DNA of 64,000 nucleotides from Phoronis australis (taxonomy: Eukaryota > Animalia > Phoronida): assembly GCA_002633005.1 (NCBI GenBank), contig NMRA01000612.1:1-64000 (forward strand), in the 5' to 3' direction. The translations under genes were made by a program, and so were the position numbers. The notes under the pieces are model-generated. The model searched no databases and had not been told where the DNA came from. It was given only the letters and a program-made list of their open reading frames with translations. Of this stretch, positions 13,201 to 25,200 are shown piece by piece; the first letter of the stretch is position 1, and each line of letters opens with the position of its first letter.

Positions 13201-16200
13201 TACCGTACCGTGATCCTTTTCCAGAATTTAATTAATCGGCAGTGGCTTGGGATGGAACATCGTAACAAACTGGAGGTACGACAAACACTGAAGAAGTTTC
13301 TGATGTCACATCACAAGAAAGTGCCAGCATTTATCCGCAACAAACTTGTCAAGCTTGTGGTGGATATAGGACGAGCAGATTGGCCGCACATCTACCCTGA
13401 CTTCCTGTCTAGCATCCTGCAAGTGAGAAGCAATTTTTTTATGTTGCCAAGTCAGTTTGCTCAGGTGCCTCCAAAAATATTTTCTTGTTAATATTAATGT
13501 AATTTATACTGTAAGGAACATGATAAGACTAATTTTTGTAGCGGAAAATGGCTTAAATCAAAACTTGTTTTTGACAGAAAGCATGGGTTTAATGACCCTT
13601 TAATTATTTAAAGATAATATAAAATTCTGATATGAGTTGTTCTGATGACATTGTTGATAAGTATTGTTGATTTGTCCCTACTGTCACCTGTTGGTTGCGA
13701 CTGTGACTTAAACATTTTTAATCTTAGAGGAATCCTGTTGTGATTGGGTGTGTGAGATAAAAGTTTGCTAACCTATGAAAGCATATAGGTTTTTATGAGA
13801 TGTATCTGTATATATTTGCTGTAAACTGTGCGTCAATGCATGGACTTGAAGATGTAGTGTAGAAACAAGGCGGAAATAGGTAGAGAATAAAAATGTTTAA
13901 AACAGATATGTGTACCTTATGCAGAACATGCCATTTCTGTCAATAATAACTTCCGTCCCATCAACAGTGTTAGAAACAACTTCTTTAATCCATGGATTGT
14001 TCACTTCGTTTGACTTGGACTGTCTCTGGCAAACATCATTGTGTTTATTGTCAAAAGTAGAATTAGAGTTTAACAGTGATTGACACATTATTCTTGGAAG
14101 TGGCCCACTTTTGTGCAAAGGGGATTGTCATTGGTAAACTGCAAGTTGTGCTGAACACCTTTCATGTACACACATTGTACATGTGGCCGTGTCAACCATT
14201 TGCAACCCGTCATGGAGGGGAAAGCATGGAACGGCTCATCAGTACTTGTAAAAGCTGGTAGAGGACAGCCATAAGTTGCCTGGTTTTGAAAGTTGAAAAA
14301 TGTGGCTGTCCAACATGCCACTTAATCTCAGAGTGGAATTAAATGGTCTGAGGGATATTTTATTGCAGTGTAATTACTATGTTCTGCACTTCTTTTGATG
14401 TGTTAAACCAACTGATTTTTTCCACTTCAGCTGGTCCAACAGCCAGACACGGTGGAGTTAGGCTTGGTGTTCATTCAAGCCACCTCTGAAGAGTTAGCAT
14501 GTCCCCGTGAGGACCTGAGTGTAGCTAGGAAGGAAGAGCTTCACCGGTTGTTACTGGCACAAGTACCAACTCTACTCAGTCTTCTCACAGGTAACTTGTG
14601 TCTATTATTTACAATTAAAAGGATTGTGCTTGAGTGCATCCTTCGTTAGCCAGTTTGTATGCAATTCAAATGACTCATTACTTCATACCAATGTTGGTAA
14701 GTTTGTCAGATTTTTGTGTACTGTTGCTTTCAAGTAGCTAAATTGAGCAGTTTTGATTAATTATTGTTTTGTTGTTGTCAATTCTTTAAACTGAGTAGCT
14801 GTAATTTTTGTGTTAAAATTGAAAGGATGTTGCAGAGGGCTGGAGACGTGTTCACATGGGGTCAGTGACGTGTTGGTGTAAAAGTTAATGTAGTATCAGC
14901 TGGTAAACATGAAAGTCCAGAAGTAGATCTGCATCAACTCTGCCTGCAGGACTAGACTCTCATTAAGTTAACATAATCTGTGATTGTCTTGTACATTTCC
15001 TGTTGACAGGAACCTTAGACTCTATACTGGAGAAACATCTGCACCTGGTAACTGCAGGACTAGACTCTCATTAAGTTAACATAACCTGTGATTTTCTTGT
15101 ACATTTCCTGTTGACACAAACCTTAGACTCTATATTGGAGAGACATCTGCACCTGGTAACTGCAGGACTGGACTCTCATTAAGTTAACATAACCTGTGGT
15201 TGTCTTGTACATTTCCTGTTGACAGGAACCTTAGACTCTATACTGGAGAAACATCTGCACCTGGTTACTGCAGGACTAGACTCTCATTAAGTTAACATAA
15301 CCTGTGATTGTCTTGTACATTTCCTGTTGACAGGAACCTTAGACTCTATACTGGAGAAACATCTGCACCTGGTAACTGCCACACCCCCTCCCTCACCGAC
15401 ACACGGAGAGTCGGGGGAAACAAGCAAGTCACCTCAACATCTGTTCTCTACATCTCCCCTTCATTCAGGTATAGAATGTGTGTTAGGTAATGACATCATT
15501 CAGCTATAGAATGTGTGTTAGCCAATGACATCATTCAGCTATAGAATGTGTGTTAGCCAATGACATCATTCAGCTATAGAATGTGTGTTAGCCAATGACA
15601 TCATTCAGCTATAGAATGTGTGTTAGCTAATGACATCATTCAGCTATAGAATGTGTGTTAGCTAGTGACGTCATTCAGCTATAGAATGTGTGTTAGCTAA
15701 TGACATCATTCAGGTACAGAAGGTGTGTTAGCCAATGACATCATTCAGCTATAGAATGTGTGTTAGCTAATGACATCATTCAGCTATAGAATGTGTGTTA
15801 GCTAATGACATCATTCAGCTATAGAATGTGTGTTAGCTAATCACAGTTGAGGGATATGTTTTGCAAGCACAATATTTGGAATTGTAGAAACTACTCAGTG
15901 CACGATCGTCAGTGTCACTAATGTAAAAATGTTGGAAGTTTATTTATATATCTTGGACTGCATAATAGTCATTATTTAACTCTGCGTCGATCGCATTACA
16001 ACACTGTGTAAGTAATAGTTTTAAAAAATCTGAACAACTAATTTATGTGTTATATCTTCACTTGCCAATGTCATATTAATTGCTTACAATTGTTGGATGA
16101 CCAAACAGTGAATAGTGTATAAGTAGGACTTAAAGATGCAAGATATGTATTTTCAAAATGTTTAACGTTTATTTTTGCATTGAATTGCATTCAGTATGCA

Positions 16201-19200
16201 GCCCTTACATTAAAATTGGTAGTGGTGTGTGGTGACGACACAGCACTGCTTGATCAACTTAAATTGGATTCCTGTATTCATCAAAGTTATTTTATGCGCT
16301 GATCAGATACCTTTCAAGGACATGATTTTTTATCTCTTAATTGTTAGTAGTTTATTGATTGGTTACTCTGATATGTTAACTGTTACAGGGAGTATCCTTA
16401 GTAACATGTTTAAGTCACCGAGCAACAAAGTGCGTATAGAGGCCCTGCCACCCATGGATAGCCATTCCCATCACATCTGCGTGCTGTCTCTCAACTGTCT
16501 GTCACACCTGTTCAGCTGGATCCCTCTCTCATCCACCATCACCTCCTCTCTGCTCAGTACCATATTCCAGTTTGCTGCTCTCGGCTGTGAGCCCCAGCTG
16601 AAGACCGAGTCCTCTCATTTCGCATCAAATGCCAACAAGGACTTGGGTATCCTGGCCATGGGCTGTGTCAACGAGCTACTCTCCAAAAACTGTGTGCCGC
16701 AGGAGTTTCAAGACTTCTTGCTGCAAATGTTCCAGCAGACATTTTATCTCCTGCAGAGACTGACAAAGGAGAGTCGCACTAACCCAGCTGGAAACAAGCT
16801 GTCTGAGATTGATGACAAGTATGTAGTTAGTGTATTGCATTTTTGAATTACAAATTATTGTACTAAAATTATGAATAGATTTTGTGTTTGCACTTCAGGT
16901 TTTCTAGTTACAGTGTAATTTAAAATAGATTTCTGCTTACTGATTTATAGGGTTTAAATTCTATCTTACTGTGTTCAGAGTCATTAAAGCATTATGAATA
17001 AAGAGTTACTGTGCTTAGTATTAATTTGTGCTGTGATCTTTTGTTTATTTTTGTTCTTTTGCAGTTATGTTGAAAAGTTCACAGAATTTCTTCGACTTTT
17101 CGTGTCCATACATCTTCGGAGATTTGAGAGTAACACACAGTTTCCCATGTTAGAATTTCTGGCTTTACTTTTTAAATACACTTTCAAACAGGTAATTCAT
17201 TTAATGTTAAATATTTTGTGAAATTAAGATTTCAGAGCTTTGGGAGTGAAGAAGTAGCAGAGGCACCTAGTGGCAAATGTTAAAGTTGTCTCATTTGCTG
17301 TGAAGCAATGATGTTGGAAAAAGTACTATTTCAATCTTTGCCAATCGAATTGTGTCTGTAAAATTCTGGTGTTTTTTATGTCTAAAAGACATAAAATACT
17401 GTTGTAGTGACATTTGTACGTTGTTACTGTAAAAATCAAACAAGATTTATTGCAGTATCCGCTCTGAATCATATACTCATGTTTTTGAACTTTTCCAGCC
17501 TTGTCTAGAGGGTTACTTTGCCTGCCTGGAGATATGGACAGTATTCCTTGACTATCTGAGTACAAAGTTAAAGAACAGAACTATAGACAGTCACACAGTG
17601 GTGTCCAAGTACTCCGAGGCACTAGTATCCTTGGTGACTCAGATTGTACGAAAGTTACAGTTTCGCTATAATCAGTCACAGCTGGATGAACTGGATGACG
17701 AAACAGTGGATGATGATGTAGGTTTGGATGATCTCTCTCTCTCTGTCTATGTTGTGTAGTAGATGGAGGCTCTATCAGATTTATTCATGTACACAATGTT
17801 GTCAAGAAGTGGAAGTCTAGATATTTGTATATTGATGCTAATGATGGACGAATTCTGTTTGTGTTATCAAAATAGACTGAACACAGAAATGTGTTTACCA
17901 CCTTAGGTGCATTTGTGGTATAAGGGTCCCACCCAACTCCCTAATGGCCAACTTGAATGAAAGCATTATTGCTGGAGAGCCAATGTTCCATTTGCACCAC
18001 CCAGTGACTTTAAAGCTCTTCATTGTAACTCCTTCTTCGACAAAACGACTGTGTTTGTGTGCTTTAAATCACAATTGATGCATTTTGTATTTTCTAGTCA
18101 GAGACAGAGTGGCAGCACTTTTTACGGATGTCAGTTGAAGTGCTGGCTCACATCTCTGAAATGATTCCTGGTGAGGTGTTTAATTTATTGGTGAGTAAGC
18201 TCATTGTTTTTGGAGAGGCAGTTCATGTTTCTATGAAGATTGCTTTGTTTATTATCCATTTGTTTTAACTGGTAATCGTGATTCTTTATGACAAAATAGT
18301 TTTGTGATAAATTAATGACATATCCTGTGACTCTTGATGCGTTTGCATCCTGAAGAGAGTTTAATATTTGGGGGAAGTAAATCTTACCTTTAAGAAGGAC
18401 TGCTACCAGTATACACTAATGTGAAGCTTTGGGAAATTATTTAATCATTGACCGCATTTAGAGTGTGGTAATGGTTCTACATTTTTTGCATGAATAGTGT
18501 CTAAATTATGAGAATTGTTTTATCGGAAAATTTTAATATGCGGGTGTGTGTAGTTGCTTTTGTCTATTAAAATGGTTTGAGCAACTTATCTAATCATGAA
18601 GTGCCTTGGCAATGTTATTGTACAGCTATTGGCAGGTGTTGGCTTTTTAAATTTTCTTTAATAAAGATTATTATTTATTTCAGTACGTGTCATTTGAAGA
18701 TCATGTCAGCGTATATCTTGGTCTTGAACAACATGTTGCTGGCAATGGCCAACCATCCACATTGAATGTCACTAGTGAAGTTGAGATTAGTCGACTGCAC
18801 TGTTCTCTGCATGACTTGTCGTCATTATTACAAGCTTTAGGGAGGATGGCTGAGCACTTTACAGGGGAACATTTTGCTGGCAGATTTAACAACGCTAAGA
18901 CTGTAGTAACTAGGTAGTGTATCGAGGCTTCAGTAATTACAAATCATTGATCAGATGTTATATTTACTGTTTGGTTAAATTTCTATGAATGTTCATAAGG
19001 CTGATCATTCCAGATAAGTCAACAAATCTGCTTTGTTATCATGAGAAGGGCAATGTCCTATGGTATAACTTGTGGTAGTCAGGCTTTGTTTCGCTGTGGT
19101 GACCACATGTGATTGATCAAATTTCTAGCATGAAGCACATGACTGTTATGTAAGGCAGTGTAGAGAATGTTTAAACTAGCCATAAAACAGCTGATAAAAT

Positions 19201-22200
19201 GCCTTTGTGAGTAATCATTGTAACTGGATTATCCATTTATTTTGACACTTTATCCACTGTCCGATAAAAGTTCAGATGTGGTTGCAGCATTAGTTTACTA
19301 AACACTTATTCTACATTGCTGGCCAGCAGCAACAGGGTATTATGTAACAAAGTTGCAATGAACTTAAAGTTACACCTTGAAGTTCAAATTTCCCACAAAC
19401 CTTTGCAGTTGCAATTGTGTTACTGTTAATTTGGTGTATTCTGGCATCCAGTGTAAATTTTAGTTTTAATCGTAGTATAGACCCCACATATTAACTCACC
19501 ATACATAATAATCTCTTTAGGTTGGTTAAACTTACCGAGTATGGTACAAGATTAAAACTCTACGACTTGAAAACAGCCGCCCAAAATGTTTTGCCTGCTG
19601 GATTTATAGAAGTGTAAGTAGATCTTTTGGTAACTTTTTACATAAATATGTGGGTGCATATTGCCATCATCTCTGTCCGGGCGTATGGCGTCCGCTGCTG
19701 TAACTCCTAAACCCCTGCTAGGATCTTGATGAGATTTGGCAGATGTGTTCTATAAAGCTGACGATGACGAATTTCGGACTTATTCAACTACAGGTGTGCC
19801 CCCTAGTGGCAATTTTAGTTATTTACATTTACCTCTATCTTCGGAGGTCCTCAACGGATTTTCATAAAATTTGTCAGTTAGGCATCTATTAGTGAGATGA
19901 CGATATCCTTCCGTTTTTTGGATGGATTCGAGGTATTTTACGCCACCTAGTGACAATTTTTACTGTTTTCGAGTCTCTTTTTGGCATCCGCCCCTCTGTC
20001 AACCGAACAACTCTAAGGATGATTGTGAAAATTGGCATATATGTTCCTACTGTGAAGGAAACAGCTAACGATAATTTTGCGACAACTTCGAATACTGTGG
20101 TGCCTCATAGTGGCAGTTTTGTTTGTTTTTGGCAGTATCTCCTGAACACTACAGGATTTTATTAAATTTAACAAATGTATTTATATGAAGTTGACAACGG
20201 ACGACGATGACTTTCGGACAGATCGGACTACCAGTGTGCCCCCTAGTGGCAATTATATTTTTTTACGTTTATCCCTGTATCTTCAAAGGTCTTCAACAGA
20301 TTTTCATAACATTTGGCAGATAGGCATCTATTAGTGAGATGATGCTATCCATTCGTTTTCGGTTTGATTCAAAGTATTTTGCGCCACCTAGTGACCATTT
20401 TTATTGTTTTCAAGTCTGTTTTTTGGCATCCTCCCCTCTGTCAACCAATCTACTCTAAGGATGATTGTGGAAATTGGTGTGTATGTTCTTACTGTGAAGA
20501 GGATGGCTGTCGATGATTTTCCAATGACCTTGACGTTTGTGGTGCCTCCTGGTGGCAGTTTTGTTTTATTTACGCCTATGGCTGTATCTCCCAAACTCTC
20601 TGCAGAATATTCAATTAATTTAGCAAGTGTATTTATATGAAGTTGACAACGGACGGCGACCACTTTCAGACGAATCTGACAAATGCTGTGCCCCCTAGTG
20701 GCAATTTAATTTTTTTCTGTTTCTTTTTTCTCTTTTTGAAACTCTTTGACAGATTTTTATGAAATTTGGTAAATAGTTTGCTATTGAAACAATGACATAT
20801 TCCTGTTTTATGATGAATTTGACGTATTTTGTGCCATCTGGTGGTCATTTTTACTGTTTTGTACTCTGTTTTTTGCATCTGCTCTTCTATCGACCAAATC
20901 ATTCTAAGTATGATTGTGAAAATTGACATATATGTTCTTAGTGTGAAGAGGACGGTTGATGATGATTTTCTGATGACTTTGACTACTGCGATGCCTCCTA
21001 GTGGCACTTATGTTTTTTGCACCCATAGCCCCCTAGTGCCAATTTCATTTTTTCCGTTTTCCTCATTTTCTCTGAAGTTCCTTGACAGATTTTTATGATA
21101 TTTGGTAAATAGCTATCTATTAAAGAAGCAATGACAAGTTCCGTTTTTCGGATGGATTTGACCTATTTTGCGCCACCTAGTGGCCATTTCTGTGATACAA
21201 ATAAACATCCCTAGAAGCACACTGTTTGCGGTGCCTTCATGGGTGCATTTCAACGCTCCGCATTGCAGTTGTTTTATTGACTTCATAGTTCGTTAAAAAT
21301 AACACAAAACAGTGCTAATTCAGTGTCTATACTTATATGCCAGTTATTCTCCAGTACCGAGTGTGTGTTTATGTCATCTTGTTACCTAACAGATTTGATT
21401 TTTCTGGACATGCCCAGTTTGTGGTAGCCTTGTATAGTCTTTATACAGCTTGCTGGCTGGTTAAGTTTCTAGCTGCTATTAAGGTCTTCAGCCTGATTTA
21501 GTTGTGCATTAATACAAATTGCTATGACTTAAATTGACCTTTTTTGGTTAGTGCAAGATGTCATATATACAATGGATTGTTGGAATGCGATTATCCATAG
21601 CAGTATCGTTAGTGGACTTAGTTATACGATCTGAAGAGATCACATTTTAGTAACGTTTCAGGCAACCAGAAGTTCAGTTTATACTCGATATGAGTAAACA
21701 GGTAGCACCATTGTAAAATGCCACTTAACCGAGCTGATAATCACATACGTGGTACTTCTAGATTGAGTGACTCGAATCCTATAAATCAGTGCTCTGGGAT
21801 GAACAAGCATCTGTTTCATTATCCATAAAAAGTTCAATGTGTAGAAATGCAACAGTCATTTGCCACGTGGACTGACCCTAATAATATACACGCCATGCCC
21901 CCCAGTTGAACACTTTTAGCTAAAAGAATTTTATGCACTGTTACTGCATTGTTTACATGGCTGTTGATTTTCTCTTAACAAGTGGTTGTTTGCAGGCATG
22001 CCCAGTCTTTAGCTGCTATCAAGGCCTATGCCCATTGGTTAGCTCAGTTCTACACTGAGTCACACACTCATCAGGAACATCAGGAAATGTGCAACCAGTT
22101 CATATCAACCATCATTGATGCTGTGGTTCCACTCTTTTCTAAAGATGTACGTATTACAGATTTTAGTTGATGCCTTGTTGAAATGTTTTTGATTTATAGT

Positions 22201-25200
22201 GTTAGTATATTATTGTTAGTTAGACTTTGATAGTATTTGTACAATGCATGTTTATTGAGCAGCAACACTAACCACAATGTTCACACTGATGGTTTTATCA
22301 ACTGAAATACAACTTGGAAGTTAGGTTCATCGTCGACTGTGATACACTGCAAGTTCTTGAGTTTCTTTTTTATTCAATCTGGTGTATTTGACTTACTATG
22401 AAGTTAGTCTGACACAGTGAGCAAGTTGACAATAAGTCAATTGGTTGGAGTAAACTGTGTTCTCATTCTTTACTTTTCTATTCTAATAATGTTGCTCAGG
22501 GGCCAAGACACCCGCTCATGTTCAATCTCAGCCCTGGCTCAGGACAATTCGTCACGATAACGATTCATGTGATCAGACACGCAGTATTTGCATTCTGTCA
22601 CTTAAAACATCTCACTTACTGTTTGAATAACGTAGTTTTATTCATCTCATTTTCATTCAAACTGATTAAAAATGAAATGTTTCAGAATATCCAAATATGC
22701 CAAATTGACAGAAAAATACCATCTAGAAATGTTAAGCTATAATTTCCAAAATAGTATCAACATGCTATATGCAAGCTCAGTGTTCAAGGCTATTTATGAT
22801 AATTGAAAACTTAATTTTCTATTCATTTTGTCATTTTGAAATAATGCTGTAGTAACTTAATGGGTTTATTTATTTGAATGTTTAGGTCCCTGAAAAAGTG
22901 TTGCTGTCCGCTGCTCACCTTTTACTGTCGGTGCTACTTACAGTACGACCATCGTACCTTCTTCAAATGCCAAAGATTCAAGCTCTTTACTCATCTGTCA
23001 CTCAAGGATCATGTAGTCACATGCCTGTTGAGGTTTGTTACCATAGCAATTGTTAAATGTACATGATTTAATGTACTTTGTGACAGGGTGTTGGAAGGGA
23101 CATTGTGAATTTCCTCATGAGAATGTTTTGTCAAAGCGTCACACCAGCGAACTGAATTTAAAATGTTATATATTAGTTATGGGTAATTAATGACCACTGG
23201 TCTTCAGGCGTTCTGCGCACGAATGGTGCAAATGAGGATGACAATTGTGCATAAGTTTCAAACTTTTACTCACTTCTGAAATAACTGCTAACGTTTAAAT
23301 TTAATTTTCATTTCTGTCATGTTCGTGTGCAGTCCACTTGTGTTTTAATCTCTGTTTTGCATTTAAATTTTAGAACTAATACTTGCTTATATTTCAATAT
23401 TTGCATATTCAGCTTGTAATTCATGGTAACCACTTGGAACCAAGTGGAGGACATTGATTTTGGGTATTGGAAGAAGTTTATATCTGAGATTTTGAATTTA
23501 TTGTTGTGGTATAGGATTTTGACTCAGCTCTGTTTCCACCACCTACAAGTATGTAGTGTCAAGTATCTAGACGTACTTCATTGGTCATTTCAGGTGCAGC
23601 TGTTAATATACAGGTCTCTGTCGCACTACCTCCTGTTACCCTGGCCTAACTTGTCAGAGGAAAATCAGGACTGGTTCACCAGAGCTGAACATCACCGTTT
23701 GTTCATAAAACAGTTAACATCACAGTACTGCCAACTCAATCTGTCTTCATCTATGGTTGGCAATAAAGCTCAGCAAGAACAAGGTGTGTTTAAATGTACG
23801 GTGTGAGAGAGGATGAATACTCATTTTAATTGAACCTGCATAACCCATGGGTAAAGTTTAGAGGTGTGAAGTGGCCAAATTTAATGTATTGTTGATCAGA
23901 TGTTTCCTGATATTTCAATTTATTGCATAACTCGCATGTCGTCAGATCTGTGGTATTTTTTTCTAGTTGTGCACTTGCCCTTCAGATAAACCAGATTGTG
24001 CCTTAATTCTCTGCCCAGTTCAATCCTTGTTTAACCTGTGCATTGGAATATTGTGACCATGCTCAGTTTCTTCGCTTGCTGATAACTTACTGGTCATCAT
24101 TAATCTAAGAAACTTAAAACATGAATTTGATATTTAAAATACGGTAAACCGTTATTTTTCAGCCAAGCCATGTGTCAAGAAGACACTACACTTCCTTACC
24201 AACTTGGTGGAGTCTTTGTCAGGGGAAGTTGTTAAGACAAAGCAAATATGCTTTGGATCATTGCAGAATCCAGTTCACGTCACTCTGTCATTGTTTCCTA
24301 TTTATATACACCAACCAGGTAAATAAATATTTCTGTAGGTGATTCAGATCCAAACTCTGATTTTCAACATACAGTCTCTTTCTTGTGTCTTAATGATTTC
24401 AAGGAAGAAATATTACAAATACAACAAAAGTTACTTTGTCAACTATCAAGTTATGCACAAGGCAGCTTCAAATTACACCATTTATAGCCTTCATCTCTAG
24501 GTTTTATTGGGGTATACCACTCACTTTCCAGATAAAATAGGGGCACTAACTTCTTTTTAAATTCATTATTATCTGATTTCGTGTCTCCTATTGGTGGTTT
24601 TGTCGTTTTTGCAGAATATCATAGGGTCCACAGATTGAGCATAATATCCCAGAATATTAGACGTTTTGGGAATACAATGCAAGTATGCCGTTAGTTGTTC
24701 TTTGTGTGTATCTGATATGAACGGTTCCATCCTCATTTCTCATAATGGGTTTTTGGTTTGTTACAGATGTTGAAGATATTATCCTAGGATTCTTTTTGGC
24801 CATGTTCCAGGGCCTACGGGTTCAGATGGGAGTTTCCTTCACAGAGCAAATTATACAAACTTTTCTCAGCATGTTTACAAGGTTAGTGTTGAAAGTGTAA
24901 TGGATTTTCATAATTTTTTGGAAACTGCTGTTCTAAACCTAGTTGTGTATTTACCTAACTATCATTTCACCTATTAAGCCATTGATTACAATTATGTGTG
25001 TTAATAAGTTTTATTAACTTGTAGAACAACGAACTCTGTGAATGATTTACCCTTCTCTCAACTTAAAGAACGTATCTTTAGGTCACGATATCTGATTAAT
25101 AGAACTGATGATGACACTGTGAAGTAGCACATTTTCCAGCTACATTTTATATATAAGTCGTGGCATAATTCATCTGGTTAGTTAGTGTTTTGTACAGCTA

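Noticed and set aside
15461-15841. 35-bp repeats of CRISPR-like length
   Set aside because: No spacers; the unit derives from the exon/intron boundary
19950-21098. Several similar hydrophobic ORFs (LRMIVKIGIYV...)
   Set aside because: Translations of tandem repeat units with stops and frameshifts; no splice structure
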